DNA from: Octopus sinensis
Taxonomy: Eukaryota
Assembly: GCF_006345805.1 (NCBI RefSeq)
Contig: NC_043006.1
Location: 6,882,001-6,946,000, forward strand
Direction of reading: 5' to 3'
Length of the DNA: 64,000 nucleotides
This document shows, piece by piece, positions 13,107 to 27,302 of the stretch. Below the pieces are notes generated by a model. That model made no database searches. It had not been told where the DNA came from and worked only from the letters and a program-made list of their open reading frames with translations. The position numbers and the translations under genes are program-made. Positions within the stretch are counted from its first letter, which is position 1, and each line of letters opens with the position of its first letter.

Positions 13107-13331
13107 GAGCTGGCAGAAACGATAGCACGCCGGGCGAAATGCGTAGCCGTATTTCGTCTGCCGTTACGTTCTGAGTTCAAATTCCGCCGAGGTCGACTTT
13201 GCCTTTCATCCTTTCGGGGTCGATAAATTAAGTACCAGTTACGCACTGGGGTCGATATGGTCGACTTAATCTGTATGTCTGTCCTTGTTTGTCTCCTCTG
13301 TGTTTAGCCCCTTGTGGGTAGTAAAGAAATA
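13107..13331 (+). mobile_element. SINE family B
   Basis: Near-consensus copy with A and B boxes and GTAGTAAAGAAATA tail. Confidence 0.85.
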
Positions 13332-14829
13332 TCTGTATATTATTTGTCAATCCTCTTGTTTCAAATCAAGCACTTAAAAAATGTTTGCTGCCATATTTTC
13401 TCTTTCCATTTAAAAAAAAATTTCTATTCGAGATAATAAATACGTTAATGGCACTGGAGAAATAAATGTCTTACACTTACCTAACAATTTTTATCGAAAC
13501 TTAGAATTTTTGACTACAAGATTTACATTCTGAGATTTTCAAGACTAAGATGGTGCAAGGAAACAAATTCGATTGAGAATCAATGTCTTGTCGTTGAAGT
13601 TGTTTCATGTCTGCCTACTACTTTGTTATCCTGGGAGCCATTGTTTCGGAAATTAGCTGTAGTGTTTTATATCACCCATAATTATGGCGCTGAAAGTTTT
13701 AAACGTTATCAGTTATGCTATTCCATTACACACTACCGCCTACTTTGTATTTTTACTCACTTAAACAATGAAATTACTCTCACATGTGCCATAGACATTT
13801 TATAATTCTTTGTTGTTGAAGATAGTGCAAATGATAAAGTAGTTTCCAGTGATCTAAGTTAAAGATAATGAAATAACCGACTTCCTAACTTCAGACAGTG
13901 TTCCTTGATTGCGCGCAAGATCATCCTCAAAATATATGCATATTTAATAGCTTCTTGTTCCAGCTCAATTAATAATGGCTTTCATTTCCGATAGTCAAAG
14001 ATCAATATCCTCCATCTTTACTACTTCATTTACCGTTATATTCAGGTAACAATATTAGGCAAAGTACTTTTAATTTGAGAAGCGTGTTATCAAGTATTAG
14101 ATCTTGAAAAATAAATAAAGGCAAGATTGCCTAATAGAAGCTCCAGATATTATCAAGTAGACATAGTTTGGAACGAATATATGAAGTTGTCTGGCCATGA
14201 CGAGTGGTAACGCAATCAAGGTTTCGTTTTCTGAAAGATAGTAAGTATTAATTTTTCAATTTTTCAATTTTGTAAATTTCAGAACGAAGAGCATGCACAA
14301 CAATATCCATGACACAGTTTCGATGGGCGATGCAAGCAATTTGACTGTATTCAAGAGAATTGACGTAATGTTGTGGTAGTTACAAATCTCAATTACACTC
14401 CTTCGAAATTATAACATACAATTTTACCCAACATAGAGACACCCATTCAGAGAAGCACACATACACATAGGCACACATATATGTAGCCTATATAAACGTA
14501 GGAGAGAACTCAATGCTTCGCATATATTTGATATTTTGGTTCACAGTTACCGAGCATTTACTATATTTCTTGAATCTTTGTACGCAAGGAAAAACTTTTA
14601 GTTTACTCAAATCCATTTCTTGTGGATATACTGGATTTACTTCAGGAATTCCTTGCTCTCCGTAGATTTTCTAGATAGAGATAACAGACAGAAAATGGAA
14701 TTTACATGAATTCCATTTTCTATCTCTTATTTTTAGTATTTTTAGTGGAGTAATGTATCAACGTTTGAGAGAGAATTAAGGAAGTGTTAACGACTTTCGT
14801 TGGAATTATTGGTATCTGAGCGGGTACAG

Positions 14830-14887
<58 letters not shown>

Positions 14888-15211
14888 ATGTATGTATGTT
14901 TGTACATATGTATGTATACACACATGCTTGTCCAATGGGTCTGGAGGAATTCTAATGTTACTAAGTTTAATTTTGAACGCATGCTGTGAAACAAATCGAT
15001 AGTCTAATGATTATTTAGTAATCGTGCAATCGACAAATTCACATGTATATCTGAATAGACACTCATTTATATATGTGCATACGCATATATGTGAAAACTT
15101 ATATACAAATATACATAAATCTATAGCAAATTCAAAATGTATACACACAAGTATACACACAGAGGCGCACACATCCATATATAGCTATCATACATGAATG
15201 TACATACTTAC

Positions 15212-15292
<81 letters not shown>

Positions 15293-17989
15293 TTCATATA
15301 TACATACCAATATATATGTATGTATGCATGTATGTATGTATGCAAATAATTAACCAGTTTCGTATCTCACGTTTCTTTTGATATGTATAGTTAATACCAT
15401 TAACAAAGAACCGCATATTGATCTCTTTTCTAGGAAATTGCTCATGCAACTATAAAGCGTTTTTTAGATAATTAGACACAATATTGTAATTACCATGACG
15501 TTTTCATTTTTTGTTTCTTTCAGAATTACTAAGATGTTTCATGTAAAACATAATAGTTTAAATCCTACTATTCGTCAAATTAAGAGACTTGTAAATGTCA
15601 ATGCTACACAGTTACATAAACGTATAATTGGCATTTGCGTCCAAAAGTTTCACCTCGCTTGGTTTGTGCTCTACTTCAAAATACAATATATATATATATA
15701 TATATATAAATGTCGCTTGTTAGTATATAATGTGAAGGGAAGGAGTGATTGATACCACTATGATTTAAACAAATGCTTAACTGCATAAAAGTATCTTGAG
15801 GTTGGTTTTACAGGCTGCAATAGTTGGAATATTTATTTCCTGCATCGAAACCAAAAATATTATTAGCTTATAATAATGTACACGTTCAAATCCCCAATAA
15901 TTCCAACGAAGGTCGTTAACGCTTCCTTAATTCTCTCTTAAAAGTTGATACATTACTCCACTAAAAATACATTTTGAAAAGAATAAATGGCAAACAAGGT
16001 TAATTATATCTCTCTCGTGGGTTATGGATATTATAAAATCTGTATCAACATATTCCATAGCAGAGAATGTCCTAAATTATTATGCAGAATAGACGTGGAT
16101 CTGTGTTTTAAAGTTACTTTAAGAATAAAGCTAAAATCTCTTTTTCTTGTATCCACTGCTGCCATCTTCTGCAAGGGTGTGAATTAAATCTGCGATAAAA
16201 GTTTAATTGCGATGCAAGTCAGTCAGGCAAACTATTATAATTTCTAGAACCAGTAAAACTTTTTGGAGAATTAATCATTCCCTTTATTTCCCGAACTTTA
16301 TCATTAGAATTATCAGTTCTGTACCTTATTGCTTTTTCTGACAGCAAGGCATTCAACATTTGCTAAAATCACTTCTTTAAATCAAATTTGAAAACGCATA
16401 TTTATACAGGGTATGCCTTATCTTTCTTTCAAGACATTGAAAATGAAAATAAGACAGTAATTTAGACACTGATTTAATTTTATAGGTAAATACATATTTT
16501 TTTCTTCTCAGTAAAATATTTATCTTCTTTCAAAACAGATGGCGACATCAACCGTCAACTTATAATTATATCAGGTATATATTTTCCCCAAAACATGAGA
16601 ATATAACTCATAGATAATTTCTAATCCCAAATATTAATTTCGTTGCAAGGAATGAAGCTGAGGATAAAGATTCTTAAATCTGTACCCCTTCATTAAATCT
16701 AGACAGTGAATGAGAAACATCACTTTTTAGGATATCAGTATTCGATCCAAAATTACTTCAGTAACATTTCAAGAATCATAAAAAATACGCATTGCTCTTA
16801 TTGGACACAAAATGGAGACTAGCACTACATTTTGAGCTTCTGATAGTGCATTCCTACTAGACATGGGTTCATTGTTTATTCCAATGCGGACTTCTCTAGG
16901 GTACATTTAGTCCGTTGCCTGCTTCAGGCTTAAGTTCATTTAGTCCTGCATTTTTCAAATACATGCGTGCAGTTTTTTTTTATTCATATGTGATGTCATC
17001 CTCTGATGTACTTGAAGAGAGAACCTAGAGAAATAAAATTACATAATTTTAAATGATTTATGAATATAGAATTTCTGATATCCAGAAGATATTAAATATT
17101 TTGCAATATTTTTGTCTTGGCGATAATTATATTGTAGTTATATTTAATAGATATAATGTCACGCATTTCGTTAAAGTAGGAGTTCGTGGTCAATTAAAGA
17201 GAATTTAATTTATGTTCCATGGGAGACAGAAATAAATGTCATATGGAAATATGTTCGCTGTGGCACCATTTTGGCTAAGTCAATATTTCAGTTGGCAAAT
17301 ATTACAAACGAATAAAGAAAAGAAACATTATTTTAATGGCATTAGTAGAAACATGTAAACAAACCCAGCGCTAGATGTAACATTGGGGGAAAAATCAACA
17401 TTAAAGTTAGTAACCTAAATAGTTATGGCATAGGAAATTCTGCAATGAGAAAATTGAAAGGCTGTTGTCAGTTTGATAGATATTCCATTAGATTCTGAAG
17501 AAATGTTTAATACCAATAATATTTAGTAGAACAATATAACGTCTGACAGCTACATCACTTGTTTCGAAAGTGATTGTTGTAGAGACGTCTAAAAGAAATT
17601 CTAACAATTCTTTTTCTGTATCAATATAGACTGCAACTTTCTTCTTTTACCGATTCTTTCTTTCCGCTTTCGCCGTTACACAGCCATATGGCTTTAGAAA
17701 CAAATGTTCTTGACAGGTTTAACCATAATATTTTCTTTTTACATCTTATATGTATGCTAAACATAATCTATCTTTACATTACTGTACGATTCCTTTATAG
17801 CAGGCCTTCTTTGACAGACGCTACATTGTGGATGGCGCTAACATTACCATACAAAGTCACAATATATTACAAATGGTTCTCCCTGTCGTAATGCACTCAT
17901 TAATTGACTCCGACAAGCCAACATATCGTATATAGCCTCTTCTCATTGTTGATTGAATGGAGGCCATATTTTAATGGCTCATCTACTAT

Positions 17990-18171
17990 AACGTCATCAC
18001 TGTCCTCATCGTCGTCATCGTCATCACCATCGTTGTCATCACGTTCATCGTCAACAACAATAACAACAATGTCAAAACCACTATTAGCAACACCACCTAC
18101 CACATAAACCACTACTACCGTCATCATCATCATCTTCTTCTTCTTTTTCTTCTTCTTCCTCTTTTCTTCTT

Positions 18172-18214
<43 letters not shown>

Positions 18215-18288
18215 GACGACGACGACGACGACGACGACGACAACGACGACGATGACGTCTGATTTTTCTTCTAATTATTATTAATATA

Positions 18289-18380
<92 letters not shown>
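17990..18380. repeat. Compound trinucleotide array (CAT/CGT/TTC/TAC/GAC/TAT)
   Basis: Direct reading; the (TAT)n part is continuous with the tail of the adjacent R4/Dong element. Confidence 0.95.
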
Positions 18381-18381
<1 letters not shown>

Positions 18382-19813
18382 GTTTGACTTTTGCTTTATA
18401 TTTGTACAAGTTGGCTCCAAGTCTCACCCAGAGACCTCAAGAGACAACAGGTTGGAAATTCATGTTGTTGTTATGCTAGTGTGCCATATATTTGGGGAGG
18501 TTTTTTTGGTGTTGTACTAATGAATGTCTAAAAAATTTTTTTTTAAACCGAAAATTATGTTTGTTTTAAACCTTGAGATTACATAGAAAGTATTTTGCGT
18601 AGGATATGAGCAGTTCCCATGAGCACTATCTTTTGAATTTCTGCTATTTTTGGGTTTCCTGGTATCTGAGTTAGGTAGCAATCAGTCCCTTTCGCTATCA
18701 TTCCCAGGGCACCTATGACAACAGGTATTGTTTTAGTCTTCAAGTTCCACATTTTGCTGATTTCTATTTCAAGATCTTTATATTTGCTCAGTTTTTGGTA
18801 GGTTTTGACAGATACGTTTATATCGATTGGGACAGTCTTATAAATGAGGAGGCATATTCTTTGTTTGAAGTCTTTCAATATGATGTCTGGCCTATTTGCA
18901 TCTATCTTTCTGTCAGTTTGAATGGGGAAGTTCCAGAGGAGTGAGATGTGGTCATTTTCAAGCACTGGGGGTGGTTTGTGTTCCCACCAGTATTTTTCAT
19001 GGGGCAAATCCAGGTTTTTGCAGATTACCCAGTGAATATATTGTGCAGCTCTATCGTGCCTGTTGAGATACTCTGTAGGCGCTAGAAGACTGCACTTGGA
19101 GACAACATGATCAATAGTTTCATTTTGTTGCTGGCATACACGACACGTTGGACTGCTTCTGATCTTTAATATGTTGGCCTGGTAGTTTCTTGTTGGTAGG
19201 CATTGATCTTGAGCTGCTATGATAAACCCCTCTGTTTCAGATTTTAAGCCAGAGGCCATTAGCCATTGATGGGTCAGGGCTTTGTCAACATCTGCATTAT
19301 TTGCTCTCTTTGGGTATTTGCCATAGAGAGGTTTTTCTTGCCATTTATCATTCAGAATATCTAAGGCCGCAGATTTAGCACGGGTTTTCATGCGCTTAGC
19401 TTTTTCTGTGCCTGTTTCTTGTATGTCTATCTCTAATTCAGAAATTTGTTGTATTCGGAATTCACTTAGATATTCCTTTGCCTGTTTTGTTACTGAGTAT
19501 GATGCTTTCTTGTTTTCATGTTTTGAGACAAGTTTTAACATCCAGTCCTCAGAGTTTTTCAGGTAGGTGTCTAGGCCAATTGTAGCAATCTTCATTGTTA
19601 TTGCCAGTTGTAAAAGTCCACGGCCTCCCTCTTTTCTTGGCAGATAAAGTCGTTCTGTATCTGCCTTAGGGTGGTGCATTCTATGCATTGTCAACAGTTT
19701 TCGTATTTTTCTGTCAAGCTGACATATTTCAGTAATTGACCAGTTGACGATATTGAAACTGTAAGTCACGACTGGTATGGCTAATGCATTGATCGCTTCG
19801 ATCCTATTTCTCC

Positions 19814-19817
<4 letters not shown>
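18381..19817 (-). mobile_element. 5'-truncated R4/Dong-clade LINE; 396-aa open segment 18579-19769
   Basis: RLYLPRKEGGRGL; ETEGFIIAAQDQ; CCHC finger CRVC..ETIDHVVSKC; RHD; NRPDIIL; KLSKYKDL; IPVVIGALG. Flanked by (TAA)n on both sides. Usual D of LLID reads Y, suggesting an inactive nuclease. Confidence 0.92.
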
Positions 19818-19850
<33 letters not shown>

Positions 19851-19854
19851 TATT

Positions 19855-20480
19855 GTCTTTGCACAGCTTCTACTGGAAATGTACTAGAGTGCCAGCTGTT
19901 CACTACCAGTGAACTAAGGTAAACCCCTTACTTTTCGGGCACTATCCACAGTATTCGAGTGGTTCTAAGCAGTGCTGTTTTTGCAAGTGCTCCACCCTCA
20001 TTTCATCCCCTATTTGTTACACGTACTTGTCCAGATTTTTACTCTAGTTCCCTGGGCTCCAATAATTATTGATACTACTACCTCCTCTTTCAACGACCAC
20101 AACTACTTAACCTCCCAAGCTAACCTGTCATATCTATCGACTTTTCTTTCTTCCCGATCGCATACCTTGTAGTCAGCTGGGCATGCTATATCTATGATCC
20201 ATCACCGTTTGCTTTTTTTCTCAGTTAATACTATGTCTGGCTTCCTATTCTTTATCTCATAGTCACACTGAATCATAAAATCCCATAGGATCTTTGTATT
20301 ATCATTTTCGACGATGGCTTCGGTTTTAATTTCTTACCACTTATTTGCTTTGTCAAGTCCACACTTTTTGCAAAGTGTCCAATGGACAATCCTTGCTATA
20401 TTGCCATGACCATTCTTATAGTCTTTCTGGGCTAGTGGCGTACATTGGCTGGTAGTACGCCATACGGTTTCACTATTTGG
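19855..20480 (-). mobile_element. Fragmented R4/Dong LINE (RLE region and 3' end)
   Basis: Minus strand: CTPLAQKDYK..IARIVHWTLCKKCGLDKANKW..KILWDFMIQCDYEIKNRKPDIV; EHLQKTALLRTTRIL. Confidence 0.75.
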
Positions 20481-20699
20481 TTCTGTTCCATCTCAATAAC
20501 ACAATTTTAATAATATTTTTTTAATTAAACAATTTATAACTTCCAATACTGGTAGGATTTCTCACATAGAACACGATTTACTCTCCATTGTTTGCTAAAA
20601 TGTCCTATTTTATAAGTTATTTCGTGTTAAAGTTGTCGTATTTCGGTAATTTCAACCAATCAATGACGTGTATTCGGTTGAAGAAAGCTACTGCTTTTG

Positions 20700-20862
20700 G
20701 CAATAGTAATCGAAGAGGAACAACCACCGGGTCATCTCCCACTATTTTTTCCACAATTTTTTCACTTATCACTTTCTGATGTATCATCTTTTCTGTATTT
20801 GATGCAATTCTTTCTTAGTGCTTGTTTTGGGGCAGAACAGATTGAGTCTCCTTTTAAGTTAT
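20700..20862 (-). mobile_element. R4/Dong LINE fragment, pre-CCHC region
   Basis: SICSAPKQALRKNCIKYRKDDTSESDK resembles the AAQEQALRTNY..K motif seen at about 28150. Confidence 0.55.
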
Positions 20863-20874
20863 TTCTATTATTAT

Positions 20875-20880
20875 CATCAA

Positions 20881-20920
<40 letters not shown>

Positions 20921-20962
20921 GTTCTTGTTCTTCTTGTTCTTGTTCTTGTTCTTCTTCTTATT

Positions 20963-21012
<50 letters not shown>

Positions 21013-21013
21013 G

Positions 21014-21052
<39 letters not shown>
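20875..21052. repeat. Compound (TAT)n/(TGTTCT)n/(CAT)n array
   Basis: Direct reading. Confidence 0.95.
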
Positions 21053-21289
21053 GAGTGAGAGAGCAGTGCATGCCATCAAAGTGACACTGGGGTAAAATAT
21101 ACGAAGCCCAGTATACCCATCATGACTACCCGTCTGATAAGGGACTAGGCATATGCATCACAACCATATGTGCGTAACATGGTGATCTCATATCAAGATA
21201 AACAGCACATGACCTTGCAGGTGGGGGCCCAGTTAGAATTTTCTTCTGGTCGAGTTTATTATTATTATCATCATCATCATCATCATCAT

Positions 21290-21560
21290 CATTATGATCA
21301 TTATCTCAGGCACATTGCCATTTTCTTGTTTTCCTTTTTCTCCATCACTTGTTTCTTCATTACTATTTGCTGCTCCTGTTCTTTCGCACTTTTTTTTTTA
21401 TTCTCTGAATTTCATCAACCTCTAATCCTGTAATCCAATCATTTCTACGAATTGCCCTTGCCTGGTCTGTCAATGGTTGGGCGGAAGCTTCAAAGACTCC
21501 CTTTCCATCACATTCTCTTTATTCGTTTCGTGAAATCTCTTTTCTCAACCAACATTCAGT
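21290..21560 (-). mobile_element. R4/Dong LINE N-terminal fragment
   Basis: Minus strand WKGVFEASAQPLTDQARAIRRNDWIT matches the N-terminal motif I recall for this clade (..QRLxDQARAIRKNxW). Confidence 0.55.
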
Positions 21561-22001
21561 CACAGTTCTTTTTCACAGTTCATTTTCCTCCCTATGTACA
21601 TTTATTCTGTTCCTGATCAATGGCTCGATGACGACCTGCCTGAGTTTCGTCAGAGACTCCTCTCTCTTCCGGCCTTGTTACCGCAGTTACGATTAGTAAC
21701 TAAATATGAAATCTCTCATTTTGACGTAACGTTTTTAAGTTTGTGCAATCGACAGTATTCCAAGCGTGACAGTATCACTAATTGGGTTTCCAACCAAGTC
21801 TCAGAGAATCTATGCCTGCCCTCATATACACTCTTGGATAACCGTTGACACCCATGAGGTTATCCTTCCTTTAACGAGTCTTGTTTTTCCCCCTGCGGGC
21901 TATCTAACTATCACCCTCCTCAGCAAGCATACTTGGTGAGTTTGCCGGTTTAGTCGCCAAAGATACGACCATTAGTAAATTTATTTTTTAAACCTAACTT
22001 A

Positions 22002-22324
22002 AAGACTCCGTCGGTTACGACGACGAGGGTCCCAGCTGATACGATCAACGGAACAGCCTGCTCGTGAAATTAACGTGCAAATGGCTGAGCATTCCACAGA
22101 CACGTGTACCCTTAACGTAGTTCTCGGGGATAATCAGCGTGACACAGAGAGTGACAAGGCTGACCCTTTGAAGTACAAGTACAACTCATTTTTGCCAGCT
22201 GAGTGGACTGGAGCAACGTGAAATAAAGTGTCTTGCTCAAGGACACAACGCGTCGCCGGGAATCGAACTCACAACCTTACGATCATGAGCCGAATGCCCT
22301 AACCACTAAGCCACGCGCCCTCAC
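22002..22324 (-). mobile_element. tRNA-derived SINE family C with 11-bp TSD
   Basis: Head GGCGCGTGGCTTAGTGG..GAGTTCGATTCCC, CCTTGAGCAAGACACTT core; TSD TAAACCTAACT at 21989-21999 and 22325-22335; near-identical to 52062-52388. Confidence 0.9.
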
Positions 22325-22502
22325 TAAACCTAACTACAGCATATGCTCTCCAACACTGGAAGCTTACTAGTCATTCCCTCCACACCAACGAAGTAATTAT
22401 AAAATATACAACTGAGATCCCCAACCTCAACATTTCTCACCCTCACTGCATGGTCTAACATATTTTACTTTATATTTTATATAAATATTTTTTTTCTCAA
22501 GT

Positions 22503-22659
22503 TGGTAAGTAGCTTGCTTACGAACCTCATCGTTCCGGGTTCAGTCCCACTGCGTGGCAACTTGGGCAAGTGTCTTCTACTATAGCCTCGGGTCGACCAA
22601 AGCCTTGTGAGTGAATTTGGTAGACGGAAACTGAAAGAAACCCGTCGTATATATGTACA

Positions 22660-22694
<35 letters not shown>

Positions 22695-22922
22695 GTATAT
22701 GTTTGTGTGTCTGTTTGTCCCACCAACATCGCTTGACAACCAATGCTGGTGTGTTTACGTCCCCGTACTTAGCGGTTCGACAAAAGAGACCGATTGAATA
22801 AGTACTAGGCTTACAAAGAATAATTCCTGCGGCAAGATTTGCTCGACTAAAGGCGGTGCTCCAGCATGGCCACAGTCACATGATTGAAACAAGTAAAAGA
22901 GTAAAAAGAGAGAGTAAAGAGT
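22503..22922 (+). mobile_element. SINE family A, head slightly truncated
   Basis: GGTTCAGTCCC B box, CTTGGGCAAGTGTCTT, internal (TATG)n, GAGTAAAA tail. Confidence 0.85.
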
Positions 22923-23049
22923 ACCTTCGTCACAGCTACTACCGCTTATTATTATCATTCTTATTACCAATTTCCCCATTACTATCACTATCACTATTTT
23001 GTCAATCCCTAACACAATCTTTACGAAGATTTCCTGTAGAAGTGACTAC

Positions 23050-23260
23050 GCTATTCTAGCACTGCCACGTTGATTATTAGGCACTCTTGTTTGTCGCTCT
23101 TAAAGGTTTCCCCCTCCGCTCCTCGGTGCTTTAACACCTTGTCTGTCTCGAAATCAAAGTGCCAGAGGATTTTTCCCTTCCACTTTTCGCCCATTACATT
23201 TTGCAGTGATGTATTTGACTTCCCCCTCCCCGAAACAGCTGGCCTTGTGCCAGCATTTCA
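23050..23260 (-). mobile_element. R4/Dong RLE fragment
   Basis: Minus strand GKILWHFDFETDKVLKHR..KQECLIINVAV. Confidence 0.55.
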
Positions 23261-23328
23261 AATTGTTGTTGTTATTGTGGTTGCTTTTGTCATTGATGCG
23301 AGAAACAACTATCAGAATTATTATCAGG

Positions 23329-23500
23329 CCTGACGAAGATGCTTAGCGGTGATTCGTCCATTTTTACTTTCTGAGTTCAAATTCCGCCGAGGACGACTTT
23401 GCGTTTAATCGAGAAAATAAGTACGAGATGAGCACAGGGGTCGCTGTAATCGACCATACACTCCCTGAAATTGCCAGCATTGTGCCAAAATTTGAAGCCG
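23329..23500 (+). mobile_element. SINE family B variant
   Basis: GAGTTCAAATTCCGCCGAGG body and TGTGCCAAAATTTGAAGCC tail. Confidence 0.65.
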
Positions 23501-24771
23501 TTATTATTGTTATAATCCAGGTGTATTATTTACATTGCTTCCGTTTTTTGTACTCCCGAGCAGCTCCGTGTATTTCGGGTATATGCTCTGTACTTTTTTT
23601 TTGCTCTAATTATATTAGATGTAATTCTCTCTACAACCATAGATTTTTATAGTAGCTCTATTTCCTGTACGCTGGAGATATTTGCAAATCGTGTACTTTG
23701 GGTTATATTATTGTCTATGCTTTCTATTATATTTTGCCACACTAGATGTTTAACTCTGTTAGCCACTCCTCTACGTGAGTAATATTTTCTTGTCTTTCAG
23801 AGATACTTCATAAGCCGTCAAGAATGATATATCTGTTTCTTTTTGTCCTTGACAACAATGTCTGTCCTATTAACTTCAATTTTTCTCTCAGCGTGTGATG
23901 GTTTTCGTCTTCTGCAGCATTTTTTTGATTTATACGAATAATAGATCTTTTCTCTTATCACTTCATAATGCTCCTCTAATTTCTAATGTAAGTCTCAACT
24001 CTCTCTCTCCCTCTATTTCTCTCTCTCTCTCTCTCTCTCTCTCGCATGTAAACACCGTGTAGTGTCTATGATTTTTTTCTCCTTCATCGTATATATTCAG
24101 CAGTCAGAGTCTGTATTCTCTCCCATTACATGCTTTCAGTGGATTGGCGGATTCAAGTGAGAAGTCTTTCATTCTGTCCCAGAGTCAATAGCTCTTCGGG
24201 TTTAGCTTGAAATTTTACACATTTTATATAGCATTTTCTTTTCAATTCTTCTTGTCTGTTTCCACCGTGTCCAGTATTTCTTTCTTTATATTTTGAGATA
24301 CTTATTATTACTCTTTATCACCATACTTATCCTGGAGCTATATAGGTCCAAATATAGCTAATGGCTTTGTTTCCTCCTTATCTTCTTTATCGCTGTCTGT
24401 CATTTCACCTCTTCTCTCTTCTCTATTGTTTCCTTAAAGAGAGAAAAAATGTTTTTTGTCCGTGTTTGGTAGCTAATGGTATTCGTTATCCATTATTATT
24501 TAATAGATGTTTTGTAATCCTACAGTGGATACTTTGTTATTGTTTACTAGCTGCATATAACTCCTACCTTCTATTAGTCAGAGTACATAAAATCATTATA
24601 GGTAAGATTTGCGGCGGTATATTACACTATTATTTATTTTTCTGTCTCGTTTTCATTAAACGTTTAGCTTTCAATTGGGAGCATTATAAAGATAACCCGC
24701 AATTGTATTTGTTAAAGTATTAATACCTGATATTTTCTATTTAGCTTTTGAATTAATCAAATGCTTATAAT

Positions 24772-24991
24772 CTCTTTACTCTTTTACTCATTTACTTGTT
24801 TCAGTCATTTAACTGCGGCCATGCTGGAGCACCGCCTTTTTTAGTCGAGCAAATCGACCCTGAGACTTATTCTTTTGTAAGCCCAGTACTTATTCTATCG
24901 GTCTCTTTTGCCAAACCGCTAAGTGACGGGGACGTAAACACACCAGCATCGGTTGTCAAGCAATGCTAGGGGGGCAAACACAGACACACAA

Positions 24992-25024
<33 letters not shown>

Positions 25025-25449
25025 CATATATACGACAGGCTTCTTTCAGTTTCCGTCTACCAAATCCACTCACAAGGCATTGGTCGGCCCGGGGCTATAG
25101 CAGAAGACACTTGCCTAAGATACCACGCAGTGGGACTGAACCCGGAACCATGTGTTTGGTTAGCAAGCTACTTTATTTCATAACATTTGCCATAAAGGCA
25201 GTACATAGAGTAAGTTAGCTTTGCGGGCTGGACGAGGACATTAATGAAGTGAATGATAATGAAAGAAAGATGATGGGGATGGGAGAAGACAAAAAGCGCC
25301 CGCCGACTTCTGCTTCTCTAAAACATTGTTTTATTAAAAACAAACACAAAACGAGGTATTAAACCTCTTACAATTTTTACAACTTTTCAATTTTTGGACT
25401 TAACAGTCCATTACTAACAAGCTACTTACCACACAGCCACTCCTGCGCC
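24772..25449 (-). mobile_element. SINE family A split by a 244-bp insertion (25174-25417)
   Basis: Body 24772-25173, head resumes 25418-25449; CAAGCTACTT duplicated at 25164-25173 and 25418-25427. Confidence 0.88.
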
Positions 25450-25570
25450 TAGTAATTAATCTAATGAATTAATCTAATACTTATAATCTCAAGTAAAAGA
25501 GGCGTACATTAACTCCAAAGTATCTGGATTGCTCTATTTGTCGCCATTTCCTTCGCTAGGTTTGCTTATA

Positions 25571-26945
25571 TCAGGTCTTTAAAAATGAAATGTCCGATTT
25601 TGAACTGAAAGTTTTTATTTTACTTTATCTCAATAAAAAGCAATGAAGTTAAAGTATGCACCTAAATTATCAACATAATTTTGCCATGTTATCGGTAGCT
25701 TATTCATGCCGGCTTATTGAGCGAAAACACCTAAAGCTCCACGAGGCTCCGGCAAGGGATGGTGGTGATCCCTGCTGTACTCTTTCACCACAACTTTCTC
25801 TCACTCTTTCTTCCTGTTTCTGTTGTACCTGTATTTCAAAGGGCCGGCCTTGTCACTCTCTGTGTCACGCTGAATATCCCCGAGAACTACATTGAGGGTA
25901 CACGTGTCTGTGGAGTGCTCAGCCACTTACACGTTAATTTCACGAGCAGGCTGTTCCGTTGATTCGGATCGACCGGAACCCTCATCGTCGTAACCGACGG
26001 AGTGCTTCCATCCATTTATGCCGGAATCGAGGAATTCTGGAGAGCAAGAGATGGTGAAATCATGAAAGGCTGTTTTTGCATCTTAAGATTTGAATTATTT
26101 TCCTTGCAAAAAGTTGTCTAATGCCTGGAAAACGTAATAGTCAGTTAGTGCAAGGTCTGGTGAATATGGTGGATGACAGAGTACTTCCAAGTTTAGTTCC
26201 TGTAACTTGAGTAGCATTCTTTGTGCAAATTGTAATCGAGCATTGTCTTGAAAGAGAATTGGTCTGTCTCTATCGACTAGCTTCGGTTGTTTAGTTGCAA
26301 GTTTACTCATCATTTCATCCTATTGGTTGAGGTATACACCCGCTATAATTGACTTACCAGGTATCATGAAGCTATAGTTGATTTGATGACACCAGCACTG
26401 GACCGCCAAACAGACACCAATAGCTTTTTTGTGGTGAATATTCCTTTTTGTATTGTGTTTTGGTACCTCGTCTCTATCCAACCACTGTGCAGAATGCTTG
26501 CTATTGAAAAGAATCTATTTGTCATCACACATAACAATACGATGCAAAAATGGTCCGCTTTTATGCCGTGACAGCAAAGAATAGTAAGCTCCAAGACGAC
26601 GTATCATTTGTTGCTCGTGTGGTACCGACTTGTCCAGCTTCTTCATATTGCCGATTCGTTTCAGATGGAATCGAAATATAACGCATTGCTGCTAACTCAC
26701 GCGTAGTTTCAGATGTGTCCGCTTCCACTACAGTTTCCAGCTCATAATTATTCACCTTCGTCTTAGGACTACTATGGTGCTGATTTTCAAGAGTAAAGTC
26801 ACCAGAACGGAACTTCTCAAACCATCGACGTACAGTGCGCTTATTTGCCACATAGTCACTTCATTGATGTTTGGAGCTGTCTGGGATGCATTGGTTCCGC
26901 GACCAAACTCATATTCATAAACATGGATTCACAAAACTCGATTTA
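25571..26945 (-). mobile_element. Decayed mariner (D,D34D) transposon interrupted by a SINE
   Basis: RTVRRWFEKFRSGDF; TCDDK; ILFQDNAR; HPPYSPDLALTDYYVF; C-terminus GMNKLPITWQNYVDNLGAYFN at about 25640-25712; TIR-like TA|TCAGGTC at 25569-25577; 5' TIR not seen. Confidence 0.85.
25714..26010 (+). mobile_element. 5'-truncated SINE family D inserted in the mariner
   Basis: Matches reverse complement of 40749-41045; ATGCCGG duplicated at 25706-25712 and 26018-26024. Confidence 0.85.
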
Positions 26946-27044
26946 TAAGAGAAAATTCACAATATAATCAGACACCGTGTCATATCGAAATGTGATGATG
27001 CAACTCTTCGATGTTGGAAAATGGCTGCCATTGTAGCAAAATTC

Positions 27045-27087
27045 AAAACCATTATTGTTATTATTATCATTATTTACTACTACAACA

Positions 27088-27149
<62 letters not shown>

Positions 27150-27246
27150 ACTACTACTACTACTGCTATTACTATTATTATTATTATTATTATTACTACT
27201 ACTACTACTACTACTACTTCTGCTGCTGCTATTACTATTACTTCTG

Positions 27247-27302
<56 letters not shown>

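Noticed and set aside
14283-14364. Possible exon (TTTCAG acceptor, GTAATG donor, one open frame)
   Set aside because: No recognisable peptide; such sites are common in AT-rich DNA; needs RNA-seq.
23329-23345. CTGACGA resembling a hammerhead core
   Set aside because: Mutated SINE family B head; no stem II, GAAA or stem I.
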